NCBI GenBank assembly: GCA_030390025.1
Contig: CM059432.1
Span: 32,552,001 to 32,616,000 of the forward strand
Direction: 5' to 3'
DNA: 64,000 nucleotides
Origin: Squalus acanthias
Taxonomy: Eukaryota
Under the pieces are notes generated by a model, which had not been told where the DNA came from, made no database searches, and was given only the letters and a program-made list of their open reading frames with translations. The position numbers were made by a program, and so were the translations under genes. Each line of letters begins with the position of its first letter. Within the stretch, counting starts at the first letter, position 1. Shown here in pieces: positions 26,716 through 40,601 of the stretch.

Positions 26716-27170
26716 ATGATACCGGGGCTAAAAGGGTTGAATTATGAAGATGGGTTGCATAAACTTGGGTTGTATTCCCTTGAGTTTAGAAGGTTGAGGG
26801 GTGATCTGATCAAGATGTTTAAAATGATAAAAGGATTCGATAGAGTAGATACAGAGAAGCTATTTCTTCTGGTAAGGGTTTCCAGAAAAAGAGGGCATAA
26901 TCTTAAAATTAGAGCTAGACCATTTAGGAGTAAAATCTGGCAGCACTTTTTCACCGAAAGAATAGTAGAAATCTCCTCCTCCCCCCCCCCCCCCCCCCCC
27001 CCCCCCCCAAAAGGCTGTGGCTGCAGGATCAATTGAAATATTGAAGACTGAGATATAGATTTTTGTTAGGTATAGGTATCAAGGGATGCGGAACAAAGGC
27101 AGGTAAATGGAATTGAGGTAGAGATCAGCCATGATCTAATTAAATGGCGACACAGGCTTGAGGGGCTGCC
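26716..27170 (+). mobile_element. CR1 LINE 3' fragment
   Basis: MIPGLKGLNYE...[14 protein letters not shown]...; tail gatcagccatgatc. Confidence 0.8.
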
Positions 27171-27612
27171 TGAATTATGGAGGTCCACAATACTCCAGGT
27201 ACTCTGGATTATTGGCCAGGCAGTCTGGCTCATTAATGGAACCTTGGAAGGTTAGACCTGTCCTGGTACCTGGAATTCTTCCCACACTGCTGCAGTTAAC
27301 CCTGCAAGCCAATGTCTCAACAGCTATGATATCCCTAGCTGGATAGTGACTCCAATGCGTTGCGCAGTTTTGATTGATTAAACTCCACCTGTACCCCTGC
27401 ATTCACGATGGGTGGGAGGATCTCCAAATCTTGGCTTTGCTAACCTGTGCTTGTGTGTCCCCCTGCATGGAGAGCGGATGCATTCCATATTAGGCAAATG
27501 GAATATGACAGTTGGGTGTAGATTTCTCAGACTCTTAAATGTGGTGATGACTTTCCATGTATGTCAGACAACTGGTTCACCTAAAATAAGTGTTGATTTG
27601 ATATTCTTTCAG

Positions 27613-27751
27613 CTCTGGAGTTAGAAGAACTGGTGCTTTCTGTCTTGTCTACGCAGCTGTACAGGAAGTAGAGGCTGGTAACGGGATCCCTGACATGTCT
27701 CAGATTGTGAGGAAAATGAGGCAGCAGAGGAAGCACATGCTTCAAGACAAG
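27613..27751 (+). CDS. PTPN23: PTPN23 coding exon, P-loop C-terminal half and Q-loop region
   Basis: ttctttcag|C TCT GGA GTT AGA AGA ACT; SGVRRTGAFCLVYAAVQEVEAGNGIPDMSQIVRKMRQQRKHMLQDK; AAG|gtgagg. Confidence 0.95.
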
Positions 27752-30095
27752 GTGAGGCGATGGGGGTTACCTTCCTGTCATTCGAGCATCCTGAAGGGGC
27801 AATACAAAAGCGTTTAACCCTGTTGCTTCTTAAAACAAGATGTCGGAGTCTTCTCCTTGAACATCATAGATTTTTGGATACTAAGGGACTCGAAGGATAT
27901 GGGGCTAGTGCAGGAAGGTGGCGTTGAAGTAGAAGATCAGCCATGAACTTATTGAATGGCAGAACAGGCTCTGAAGGGCTGAATGACCTACTCTTGCTCC
28001 TATTTCTTATGTTCTTATCAAATTTGAAGGGGAATGCTACACATTGGAGAGAATGAAACACCTAACTCTAGATTGTGACCTTTTATAAAGTCCTTCTTTA
28101 TTTATTTTGTCCCCTATTTTCCATTCCTCTTCTGAAGGAGTTGACTCTTGCTGAGATGTGGCAGCCCTCCGATATCTTGCCCCAGTAACCATTCCTTTGT
28201 GAGCCATACCGTCACCATCAGCAGCCGAACTCCGCATAAAACCGAGATCATATCTGGCATCTTCTAATCTGTACAGCTAGTATTACCCTGGGCAGCCCAT
28301 TTACCCATTGGAAGAACTACCATCTGACGTTTCTAAAACTATTTTAACGTGTTGTGGTGATATCCAAAAAAAAGTGTCATCAGCAGACCAGAAATGGTTC
28401 CACTGTAAAAGGTGGCATTCTAGTGAATTGAGGTTAGCGATCTGATTGGAAATCTCGTGCATTTTGTGCTTCTCTAATCTCGCAAGACAAAAATAAAAGC
28501 TAAGATTTTGCATGTAATTGTTTTGGAACTACTGCACATTAGAGATTTAATTGGTTGGGTGTGGGGCTGGCTAATTGCCATCATCCAAGACACGAGATCT
28601 CTGCATAATTTGCCCCTTGTGGTTCATGCCTGTGAAACAGATCAAGATGATCCATGGTTTGATTCCTGGTCTGTTAAGTTCGCTGATCTGTGACTGGCCC
28701 ATGGAATAGGGCTCTACGATTGGCCTTGGTGCTCTGACACTAGGAATGTCAACTTGGGCAAGATGCCGGTGCATATTTAACTGTACCCAGTAAGAGTGTT
28801 GTGCCTTCAGGGAAGGTGGGAATGAATTGGAAGGAGAGATACTACAGATATGGTGAGTTATAGTAAAGTGCTGGGTAGTCTCTACTTTTCTCACTTTCAG
28901 TGATGTCTCTTTTTTCCTGTTTTGGGGTGAATTCACAATGTATAAGTTACCAGCTTTTGGAAAATGTACATGTGGCTACTTCAGCAAATGTCAATGTTAA
29001 GAATTTTCAGATCATGTGTAGCCCTAACAATATACTGTAACTACAAACTCTGGAGGCCCCAAAACCTCTCCAGTGTGAAGTTTTTTTTAATGATTTTCCA
29101 ACACTCGAGCCAACCTTGTGGCATCTAAATGACACGGTCAGTTCATGACTCAAATGGTCGTTGTGAACTCAATCTCCTAGAAATTAGTTTGAGGCTGAAA
29201 TTTTTTTTAAGGGCTTCATGTATTTGGGAGTGACACCAAATATGATAGGAATGCAAACTTGACAAAATGCCTCTATCCACTACATGTATTTGTCATCATC
29301 AGACTTGTATGTCATTTGTAAAATGTGTGTAGGTGTACTTTATTTGCCAAAAATATTACCTCATGCATTTCACATTCTGCAAATGACATTTTTATCATGA
29401 TCAATTTCTCTTTTAGAAAAAAAATCACTTGCAAGCTAATCCAAATTATTGTAGGTTGATCAATACACTATATGTCACAGCAGATGGGGGAAAAAAAAAT
29501 CCAAAATAAAGTATGTTTTTACAGAGTGATGATTCATTTATATTACCTTTTTTTTATTAAAGCCACTGCCCATGGCAGGTGATTCCTAGTCTGGGCTGAG
29601 TTAGTTGTTGATGTCTCCCTCCTCCTCTCACCTGCCCCCCCCCCCCCCCCCTCCCCATGTTCCCTTTGGCATGGATGCATGATTGGATGTTGGGTGACAG
29701 CAAGATTGGCTTTGGCTATGGCCCCAGCACCATCAAATTGTCTGCTGACATTCACTCTGCCAGCTCACCGTGGCCATTTGTGTGATACCAGTAAATGTCA
29801 TGTTGTGCTGATTTTCTGCATACACTCTGCTGGTGCGGAACCTTAGGCTCACCCCCTCCTCCCAACGCTGGCTGAGCCTATCAACCACTTTATGTACAGA
29901 GAAATATTGTACTCCATAGAAACCTCGTCTATTTAAATAATTTACTGTATTGTTGGCTGGTTTGATGAAGTGCACTTTCCAGATTCCGGCAATTGTGTCT
30001 GTTTTGGGGAGGGTGTCGATGTATACATGTACAAGAAATGCAACCCTTGGAGACAGCTGCTTTTATTCTGATCTATGTTGTTCTATGGTTTATAG

Positions 30096-30209
30096 CTCCA
30101 CCTAAAGTTCTGCCATGAAGCCATCCTCAAGCACGTGGAGCAAGTTCTACTGAGGCATGGAGTTATCACTAGCTTTTCCAGCAAAGCACCCACCAGTTCA
30201 TCTCAAAAG
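30096..30209 (+). CDS. PTPN23: PTPN23 coding exon, end of the PTP domain
   Basis: tttatag|CTC CAC; LHLKFCHEAILKHVEQVLLRHGVITSFSSKAPTSSSQK; AAG|gtacat; 114 nt. Confidence 0.95.
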
Positions 30210-30264
30210 GTACATAAATAGACTTGTATTTATAGAGTGCTTCATCGTGTTTCTGAAACTACTA

Positions 30265-31020
30265 CAACTTGCATTTATATAGCACCTTTAATGTAGTAAA
30301 ACATCCCAAGGCACTTCACAGGAACATTATCAAACGAAGTTTGACACCAAGCCGCATAAGATATTGGGATAGGTGACCAAAGCTTGGTCAGAGGTAAGTT
30401 TTAAGGAGCGTCAAAGGAGATGCGAGAGGCAGAGAGGTTTAGGGAGGGAATTTCAGAGTCTGGGGCCTAGGCAACTGAAGGCACATCTGTCAGTGGAGTG
30501 ATGAAAATCGGGGTAACACAAGAGGCCAGAATTGGAGGAGCGCAGAGTTCTCTGAGAGTTGTAGGGCTGGAGGAGGTTACAGAGATAGGGTGGGGCAAGG
30601 CCTTGGAGGGATTGGAAAACAATGATGAGGAGAATTTTAAAATCCTAGCACTGCCATACTAGGTGCCAGTGGCTCTGCCAGACCAGGTACCAGTGTAGGT
30701 CAGCGAGCACAAGGGTGATGGGTGAGCAGGATGGTGCAAGTTAGGATACAGGCAGTAGAGTTTTGGATGAGCTCAAGTTTACAGAGGGTGCAAGGTGGGA
30801 GGCTGGCCAGGAGAGCAGTGGAATAGTCGAGTCGAAAGGTAACAGTGACATGGATGGGTGTTTCAGCAGCAGATGAGCTGAGGCGGGATGAAGGGACGAT
30901 GTTAGAGGTGAAAGTAGGCTTGTTTGGTGATGGAGAGGATGTAAGGATATAAGTACAGCTCGGAGTCAAATAAAATGCAAGTTGTGATGAGTTTGGTTCA
31001 ACCTCAGATGGTGGCTAGGG
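30265..31020 (-). mobile_element. L2-like LINE 3' fragment
   Basis: TFRLDYSTALLASLP...KLELIQNSTACILT resembles the L2 ORF2 C-terminus; the tail is shared with the DeuSINEs. Confidence 0.75.
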
Positions 31021-31144
31021 AATGGTGTTTGTGGCAGGAACCTCCTGTAACTAAGGGTACAGTGAATGTTGTATAGCAATAACTTCTACTCCAGAACAAC
31101 CCACAAAAGGCTACAGAACCCATTTTGATTTTGTACTTTCTACA

Positions 31145-31435
31145 GCAGTGCTAGCTTGGTTCGGTTGGGAGCACTCTTACCTCTGGGTCAGAAATTGGAG
31201 GGTTCAAGCTCCGCTCCAGGACTAGAGTTCATATTCTAGGCTGGCACTTCAGTGCAGTACTGAAGGAGCGCTGTACTATAGAAGGTACCACCTTCGGATG
31301 CGGCAGTAAACCAAGACTCCATCTGCCTGTAAAAGTTCCGATGGCACTATTTGAACACAAGCAGGAAGATTTTCCATTATCTCAGCCAATGTTAATTTCT
31401 CAACCAACACCACCAAATAGATTAACTGGTCATTT
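31145..31435 (+). mobile_element. Degraded DeuSINE
   Basis: tRNA-like head then cagtgcagtactgaaggagcgctg Deu core. Confidence 0.65.
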
Positions 31436-31828
31436 TTGCTCTTCTGAACTTTTGTTCCATTTTAAAGTTTCAAATGCATCCTCATACGCAGTCTTCCTGT
31501 TCTCTACATCCTTGAAGTTGCACTGCCTCCTACACTTGCATTCATTTCCTGAATCTCCAAACTATGAAACTCCATACTTCCTCTCTTTTCCTCCCACAAT
31601 CTACGGACTTCTAAAACCCAAGTTTGGTGTCACTGAATCACTGCTTCCTGATTAGCCTACTCTTCTAATCTTAATTTAGTGGTCAGCACTGTAGCTCATC
31701 AGGACTACTGGGTGGGGAGAAGGGGGAACTTAACATTGTGATTGTGTGTATGTGAAGAGTGTATTTGTTCAGTTAGAAAGAGGGCTGTTTTCTCTCCAGT
31801 TCATTCAAGCTTCTTTTCTGCCTTGCAG

Positions 31829-32455
31829 GTTTATACCCGCCAGGAATCACAGGACTTGGTACTCGGAGGCGATTTGCCAATTAGTTCCATCCAAGCCACC
31901 ATTGCAAAGCTCAGCATCAAGACGTCCGCTGGAATCATTGGAGATGGCAAACCGAACTCATTGCCTTCATTTGACCCGAGTTTTGGTATGTGGTCCGATT
32001 CTCAGACTGCTGCCTTACCAGTGTCTGCCGATAATCTGCTACAGCAGGACCTCATAGTTGAGGTCACCAGTGCAGTGACAGAACCGACTGCACCATCACA
32101 GATGGCACCATCAACTCGATCACTTGCCGCAGAAACAAACGAAGTGAGCTTGGAGAGTTGTGATTCAACCCAAGAGCTGGATAAAATGAAAGTGGGCCTA
32201 GGGAATCACCCAGTCACTTCTCAGCCGGATGCCACCAACCACGTAGCGAGCGCAGACAGCAAGGCTACCTCGCTGGATCTTTTGGCATCCTTGACCGCAG
32301 AGGCCTTCACCCTGGACACCAATCCCCGGAACAGGCAGAAGATCAGCAAGCACAACTTCTTGCAGCCCCAGGACGGCCAGGGCCTTCAGGCCACTCACAC
32401 CGGCGAGGACCCTCTGAGCCTTCTGGATCCACTCTGGACTCTAAACAAAACGTGA
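31829..32455 (+). CDS. PTPN23: PTPN23 terminal coding exon
   Basis: ccttgcag|GTT TAT; QESQDLVLGGDLPISSIQATIAKLSI...LDLLASLTAEAFTLD...SKHNFLQ...DPLSLLDPLWTLNKT-stop, the HD-PTP C-terminus. Confidence 0.97.
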   Translation, partial: VYTRQESQDLVLGGDLPISSIQATIAKLSIKTSAGIIGDGKPNSLPSFDPSFGMWSDSQTAALPVSADNLLQQDLIVEVTSAVTEPTAPSQMAPSTRSLAAETNEVSLESCDSTQELDKMKVGLGNHPVTSQPDATNHVASADSKATSLDLLASLTAEAFTLDTNPRNRQKISKHNFLQPQDGQGLQATHTGEDPLSLLDPLWTLNKT

Positions 32456-35202
32456 TCAATTGGTCTGAAGAACTTCTCCCAGGATGATGGACCAGAGTTC
32501 TTGGGACTTGCAGGATGCTTTTTTTTTTATATAAAGGGCAGGGTAACAAGAAACCTGATCGGCCTTCGTTTGGAAGTCTGCAAAATAGGGACAGAGTGAA
32601 ATTAACTGCCAGCTCGTTGCATGTAAACTGGAAAGAGCAGTGCCCAGCCCTGTATCATGAGCAAGTCCTGAATGTACAAAGATTAGGAATGGCCAGTTCC
32701 CTTCAAACCTACTATTGGTGCAGATAGTAGTAAATTCTTGCTTACATGCTTGAGTATATTTAAACTACCATCTCCCCCACTGATCCGGGGCAGAAATCTA
32801 TTTCTGAATGTCGACATTTGTTTGCCTGGTCTATTGAGACAGAAGGAGAATTTTGGTATGTTGAGACTCACTCCACCCTCTGCTCAGGATCTGCTCCTGA
32901 AATCCCACACAGGAATTTGTTTTATTTTAAAAGAATTCATAAAAAGTAATGGCCTGGAAAGTTCCCATATCCTCCATTTTGGCCTTTGACTGTTGTTCCA
33001 CTCTGTTATTCCCGGTGTTTGTGTGGCCCCTGTTTGGCCCGTAGCCCTGGTGGAGACCCACTTTAAGACATCTTTGCTCATTACCCTCTGGATTTGGTCC
33101 TCGATGATGCAGGTCTCTTCCCCTCGAGCATCTTAAATGTTGAGTCTTCGCCAAGCTTTATGCCCTCCCCATTACTTGGAAAGGTTGTTTTTTCTCCAGT
33201 GCCAGTCAACGCTGCTTTCCAGTAGATTGTCAGTGACTTTTTATTTGAAGGGGTTTGTTAGATGACACAGCTTCATTTATTTCCCTCAAGTTTTGTCACA
33301 TACTCTTCCTGAAGGCACTGACCTGTGCTCTGGTGCGGTTCCACAGGTACTGGCCATCCTACAGTACCTTGCCCAAGTCTGTACCCTTCCTCCTGAGTCT
33401 AGACAGTGAGTGTGACACTGATCAAAGGCCAGAAACAATTTTACTTCAGCTCCATGTGCGTCACTAGTGCTAAGTCCACCGGGGACTTTCCCTGATATTA
33501 CAGAACGATCTCTGCTGACCAGCAATGTCAAAATTCAGTGTTGACTTGTGTAGGTGGGCTGAGATCATCTCTTCCAGATGAGTGGACTGTCTGATGATCT
33601 CTCTCACTATAGATCTGTTCCAACACCATTAGAAGGTGCCGAATCTTCCAGCCTTGTGCAAATACCCAGGTGGATAGTTTGCCTGCTCTCAGATAATCTT
33701 TGTTTAATAGAAATGCTTGTTACTGCCAAGAATCTCTTGTAGCTTCAGCTGCAACTCCCACAGCTTCGGCTTCCGTTCCACTTTCAGGTCTTGTGTAAAC
33801 GGGTCACTCAATCACGTCAGATGTCGAGAGCCTGATGGAGGCCTGCCACAGTGCTACTGCCAAGCTACATACACTGCTGGTCCAGGGGTAGCTGAGCAGT
33901 GCGTCGATCCTGCCACCCATGCAAGGAGACTCATTGACCGCTGAGCCTCTGCTGTTGCTCTTCCGTTTTCCAAGCCACCAATGTGATGGATAAATTCCGT
34001 AGATGCATTACAGCGACAGTTTTGGTGGTATGGAATGCTGCTCGAGTGTAGTGCAATTATCCTTCTCATTGGAAACCTATTCATTCCCGTTGTTTAAAAA
34101 AAAAAAACAGCTTCCAGTGTATTGCACTTCCAAAAGCCCATGAACTTAGTGAGATTAGTGGCCAGAGTTTTAAAATGCGACTTTCTCAGAGCACCATTAG
34201 GAAGTCTGCAATAATGCTCTTGAATGATTTACACTTAGAGTAACTCAGTCAGAAACCTGGTACGTTGCTCTCTCAATAACTAGAGGTATAAGTTGGCTAT
34301 CAGCTGGCGAGGGAGGAGGAAGAGTTCTGTAGGGAGGAGATGGGGAAATGTGACTTGGGTAGTTGCTTGGCACTTGGGTGCTATTAAACATCATTTCAAT
34401 TGGCAGCAGAGCTTGTACTTAACTGCTTCCCCTGTCCCAAACAATGAATTTTTACAGGGTTATGCAAAACTAAAACCAACACCAATTACACTAAACTATA
34501 CCTGTAATAACGAACCAAATCCTTGTTCAGAGCAAGTGTCTGAAAACACATTAGAATTGTTTTACCCTTTCTGGTATTTCCAGTTAAATTGCAGTCCTTT
34601 GCTATTTATCAACTGTCCAGCAGATGGCAGTCTGGGAGCTCAGCTTTCACCTTCCTGCTTTTTTTAATGGCCGTTACATTTTTTAAAGAACAATTAAATT
34701 TGCAACAATTTTAAGGTGATTTTTTTTTCCTCCTTCTTGGGTCATTGTGCACTATCTCAGACATAAGACAGTTGACAGGCTCTTTAGGGTCACAGTTCTA
34801 CCTCTGTCACAGGTTTGTTCCCTCTGTTTCTGTCATATCCATCACCCCATTCCAACTTGTGCCTCTCTGTCACAATAGTACAGGGATTGTGGGGATCATG
34901 CCTCAGTGAAGCAACATGTCGGCCGCATGTAACACCACTTCACCTTGGTGTATTACAGACTGTTGCTGTATTGGTGAGTTTCTGCTTGTGGGGTCATTGT
35001 TCCCAGTAGAGACACAGCAGTACCCCAGACTTCATACACAATTACTGTGCAGGCGTTCAAACACAAACTAGATGTGTGTGTCAATAATTATAAAAGGTGA
35101 AAACTGGGAAGGGGAATGGGTAGTAATGAGTACTTTACCTTTCGCTGGTGTCCTGTTTAAATGTGGATAGACTTTTTGATTTATGAAAAAAAGCATTGCA
35201 GA

Positions 35203-35208
35203 AATAAA
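35203..35208 (+). promoter_or_regulatory. Candidate PTPN23 polyadenylation signal
   Basis: First AATAAA I find after the stop codon, followed by T/GT-rich sequence. Confidence 0.5.
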
Positions 35209-38117
35209 ACACCAAAGTTTAAATTCATGTTCATTGATTTGTATCCATCTCAACTTGCTGGTATTAACAGATCTTGGTTTTCTGATTAAAGATTTTTTCC
35301 ACCAGTAAGCCTGTGCCAAGAACAACTCGTTTTAAACCTCCTGACCCACCAAGTTCAAACAGGACAAACTAGTGAGTCAGAAATACAAGTGCAGATAGGA
35401 TTGGATTACCTAGAATTGAAGTACCAGATTCCCAGGCCTTTGATACCCCTTTCGTTCCACCACCCTCACTTTTATCATTTTTCTAAATTGGTCTTCCTAT
35501 GTAATTGAAACATTGTAAAAGCCAAAGATTTCAGGTACCAAGTTTGCCCAGATTTTCAGTAAAATGGCACTTGCATTTCCAGAAGTGCCTTATGACATTT
35601 AAAAAAAAAAATCGTCAAAGTATTTGGAGTTAACCACTTATGGAGAGCACACAGTATGCATCATAGAACAGATTGGAAAATCGTTACTAGTATGTATGAG
35701 GTCAAAGAAGGAGGAAAAGTTGCATTGTTAGATTGTCTATGTTTGTACTTCAGATGGGTCACATCAGAGACTATAATCTAGTTGAGTCGATTTTGCTGTG
35801 TTTATTGTCTTGTTTCAATCTGTAAAGAGAGCTGTGGGACATTATGATCTTATAGGTGAACTGACTTGATAACTGCAAGTGAGTTACGAGTGGAATTTCT
35901 ATTGTGTTTCAAGGCTCCTCTCATTCTATCTGAAATGCACAGTTGGGTTGCAGTAAAGTCCGATGGTGGGTGGGGGAGGGGGCAGTGGAAGATGGGAAAT
36001 AATGTTCTCACTGGGTCCACTTGAACTGTGGAAAAACATCCTCGGGACAATTCAAGATTTTGTCCTTCTGAACTTGGGTTGCATCTAGAGTGAATGTTTT
36101 CAACTGCAACAGTAGAATGGGTGCAGGTCTGTTACTGGTGGCAGTGGCGGGAACATTTTGATGTATCACGCAAGAAGTGTTTTAGTGCAACATTTAACGG
36201 TATTAATTCAAGTCAAATTTTTCCTATAGGGAATTGGTATGGGTGCAGTAAAGCCTCATTTTAAAACATACTCCAGGTGAAGGTCTTTCACTATGGGACT
36301 GATCGCTTCAATTGGGAGAGTACACTTGTCACTGGTGTCTTTAAATTAATCAGCAAGTCTACGTTAAAATGACATTAGATATAAGAATATTGGATGCAGT
36401 TGAATTGTGCTAACTGGTTTTATAATGTGATTATAACATTACTTCCAACTCAGTTTGTGCCAAATCAGTCTGTGAGGGAGGGATGGGGAGAAAAAGCCTG
36501 CACTGCTGTCTGTGCAACTGAGTATAGGCCCTACCCCAGAACCACACTGTGTCTCGATTACCAGACTGCAGAGTGAGACAAATTGATTCTGGCCATTTAC
36601 ATTCCTTCTCCTTCCTGTTAGCCCTCATTTAGCCTCTGGATCTAGGGAACAATCAGGAGGGGAGCACAATAATGGGAGGCCCTGACACCTCACCCTTTTT
36701 TCCCAAGAAACTTGAGAATCTATTTCGAGTTTACGTTTCTTGAAACATGCCATTATTTTGGTGGCAAACAATTAGAAATTGATCTCATTCCAAAAATTGG
36801 AGGAGGAGGCAAAGCCTCGAACTTGGGGATGAGTCAATTTGCACTAACTGCTGACCTCATTTCAATGGCTTCGATCCAAGTTTGAGTTCAGTGGCGATTG
36901 GTGTCTGGCCAGACCAGCCTAGTCCTCTTTACATCTGAGTGAGTTTAGGTCTTTTGTGGGTGCACAGTCACAAATGTTTGGGCTCGGGTTGGGATGGGTG
37001 TTGGGGGAGGGAGGAAACTCGTACCCTAACCCTGAAACTGAACTGCCATCTGCACTACAATCTGTTATTTTTTAAATTGCTCTTTAGACCTTGCAAACTG
37101 TGTCATTGTGGGTCGTGCACCTCCGCTCTGCACAAAGTACTGCATCATTACGCAAAGAATTACTAACGAGTCGTACGAGGAAGCTTTATTAATTGGTTTA
37201 ATTTTAGTTTGTAAAAGATATTGCTCTGCTATTCTGAAAAATGTGAGTTTCCATTCCTTTGTTTACAGCTCTTAACCATTTTCCTTTAATCTTTGTTCTT
37301 TTGTACACAGTAATCCTTCTTGTTACCTTTTAAAGCCTGGAATTCAGTGCTATCAGCACAGCGATATGTGGCAGTTCATTGTGATTCACTGTCTTAGTTT
37401 AGCACATTGTGAATGGGGGCGGGGCGGGGGGGGGGGGTGGTCGCAGCTGGGTGTTGGGTCTTTAATGAGACTGATCAATCTCTTGCATGTGTACATTGTC
37501 CAATAACAAACACTAAATTTCAATGGTACATTCCACTGTAATATAATTGTGCTATAAATAACTATTTGATTACCTTGTGTCTGGTTATTTGGAACCCCCC
37601 CCCTCCCCACACACACGCCAGAAACTCCTGACTATTGCTGACATACGTTGCTCTGGTCATGTGTGAACATCAGCACTGGAGCCTAGCGCCCATCCTGATA
37701 TCTAAATCTATGCAGTTTCCAGCAGTTATTGTTTGGGTTTTTATATAATTCAGTGCTGTCAATTATAGTGCTTCTGTTGCTGTCTTTACCGAGAGCAGCT
37801 AACTCGGTATGGACCGGGGATCAAACCTGAGTCTGTTATGGTACTTTAGGAGGTTGCTTGGGCCATGTATTAGGTTACAGGAATGCTTTGACCAGCTCTC
37901 TGTCCTCCCTAGGTTTAAATTGGTGAAGCATCTATTGTCACTTCATGTCTTCACCCTGATGTGCAGAAAGAGTCTACAAGGTGAGTGTGCAGTAATGGTA
38001 TCAAATTGGTAACGCAGAGTAGATCTGAGCCATATGGACCAAGAAGGACCCAGCTACAACCCCAGTTTAGCCCGAGTGATACATTTCAAAAGGTGGCAGA
38101 AAAGACCAGAGATGAGA

Positions 38118-38452
38118 AAAAGAACTTTCATTTATATAGCGCCTTTAACAACCTCAGGATATCCCAAAGTGCTTTACAGCCAATGAAGTACTTTTTAAAG
38201 TGTAGTCACTTTTGTAATGTAGGAAATGTGGCAGCAAATTTGTGCACAGCAAAGTCCCACAAACAGCAATGAGATAATGACCAGAAAATCTGTTTGTGAT
38301 GTTGGTTGAGGGATAAACATTGACCAGGACACTAGGGAGAACTTCTCTGTTCTTCAAAATAGTGCCTTGCAATCTTTTACATCCAGCTGAACGATGGCAC
38401 CTCTGACACAGTGCAGCATTCCCTCAGTACTGCACTTAAGTGTCAGCCTAGC
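38118..38452 (-). mobile_element. DeuSINE, 5'-truncated
   Basis: Same tail and Deu core as 25389-25840. Confidence 0.75.
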
Positions 38453-39504
38453 ATATAAAAAGATCAAAATTTCAATAGAGCAGAATTCATGGACTGAATG
38501 GCCAAATGTTACTTTGTTATAAACTCTAGCAGTTCTATCCAAATTGCTTCAACATAATGTTTTAACACCATAGGTAGAATTTATTTTAAACAGTCCTTTC
38601 TCGCACTGCTGACCCATAATGGAGTACGGGTCAATGGCTGTAGTCCGTTCTCTGGTGCCTGTTTTCCGTTCTTGGAATGTGGGTATATAAAGTGGTATAG
38701 TTAAAGTGAATGTATTTCAAGGTGAGATAGGCCTACATGACCAGAAAATATACATTCAAAGCACACCTTAAAGGAATTTATTCTAAGGCAAAGGATGATA
38801 CATTTTTAGAATAAACTGCCAAGAAAAGTGGAGTTAAAGAAAGGCCAGTTCATCATACAGTTGACTGCTAGGTGAGATTAGACAGAGTACTAGAGGGATG
38901 GACTTTGAGTTTGGTCAAATGGAGCATTTTCATAACTGGGCCTGTATAGGATATTCATGATCCTATAACTGTGTGTTGTATTTTGTGCTTCTGAAATGTC
39001 CTGTAGTTCTATAATTTCCCTGTAGATATCAAGATAGGTAATTACTCAGACCATTCAGCCTGCCTCGCCCCACTAAGCTACCAACTAACTCAGTGGGTAA
39101 AAACACAAAATGCCATAGCGTTGAACCAGACAGAAGGTCCCAAGTTTGATTCCTAGCATGAGCTATGTTAGGCAATCTTAGCTGCATTCGGACTACAATT
39201 GGCCATAGCGTCTTAAGCTTGTTAACCAAGATTTCTGTTTTACAGGGCACTTTTCAGTGCCCCCTGGTGGAACTGCATGACAGGCTGATCATTGCTCGTT
39301 TATTTCCACTCCAAAAACAACCAATATCAATAAGGGTTCACTACTTGTATTTCCTGTTTGGACAGTAGCTAATATTGTGATTGGGTATTGTATGTGATGA
39401 CGCACTTATGGACAAACAACCCTGGCATCACTCGCTATCTAGGCTCAAGCAAATAGATCAGCCACTTAGGCAAGGCACGAAACTCCGACTATTAATGGAA
39501 CTGT

Positions 39505-40601
39505 TGTAGGGGGGTGGTGTGTGGTGGGGTCACTTTCACCTCTGACTCAGTGAGCGGTTCGAATCGCTCCCACACCCCTGGTTCTGGACCTTGGACTTAT
39601 TTAGGGGTTGTGAATAAAGGTGCAGTAGACAACAGGTTTGATGAAAGACCTTTGACTTTTATTCAAGGAAGTAAAACGCAACACAAACACTCATCACTCT
39701 AAAGGTGGGGAACACAAGCGAGGGAAATAACATTAGAAGAATACTTCACCCCTCCCAATCCCACTTCACTAGCTTGGTTGGACTCTGGAGAACCAGGGAT
39801 AATGCTCACCAAACGAATCCTTGACGGTTTAGAGTTAGGGTTTAGAGTCTTTTGAGTAAGAGGTTTTGTGAGGCCCTTGTTGCCGCGAGGTGTCCGATGG
39901 TCACTGAGGCAGTCGCTCTGGTTTCTTCTTGCGTGTCGGTCTGCTTGTGAAGCTGTTGGCCTTCTTTGTTTAACTTCTTGCTGTAACTCTTGAGTCTGTT
40001 TAAACTGTCTTCTTCCAAGCTGTGGAACTGCCTTCTTGCAGAACTGGAAACTGCCTTCTGCCTGCTTGTCCTGAACTCTGTAACTCCATCCCTGACTTCT
40101 GTTCAACACAGGCTTTCAATTCTGTTGAACTTGAACTATTTTACTAGAGAACTTCAACTGCCGAACTTGTAACTCTTGTCACTGCTTGATGGGCCTTCAA
40201 TTGTATTAAATTGAAGTGGCCTTGTCAAAACCAAATCAAATCCTGGTCATTGTAAGACCTCGTTAACAGTAACGACTTTACTAAGTGTCAAATGGCTTGC
40301 GTCCTGTCGATCTCTTCGGTTGATTACAGGTGATTGGTTTCGTGTTTTGGGTTTCTAGGCTGGACTCGGGTTTTTCTATAGAATGTTCCTGAGCGATTTG
40401 AATTATGCATGGTTTGATGGGTCTGTGTTTTGGGTGGGGCTGCCTTCTCCCAGGGTCTATTGTCCAAATGTAAATGTTAATGCTTGCTGGGGCTTGAGTG
40501 AGGTCATCCTGATTCCTCAGACAATGCAATTTAACTGCAATACCCAAGACTGCTATTACAGAGGTTGATCCCACCTCCTGTGCAGCCTTTTCTCCCTTAC
40601 A
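39505..40601 (-). mobile_element. Possible LTR-like segment
   Basis: tgtagggg...cccttaca terminal inverted motif (TG...CA) and a minus-strand AATAAA near 39660; no TSD found. Confidence 0.3.
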
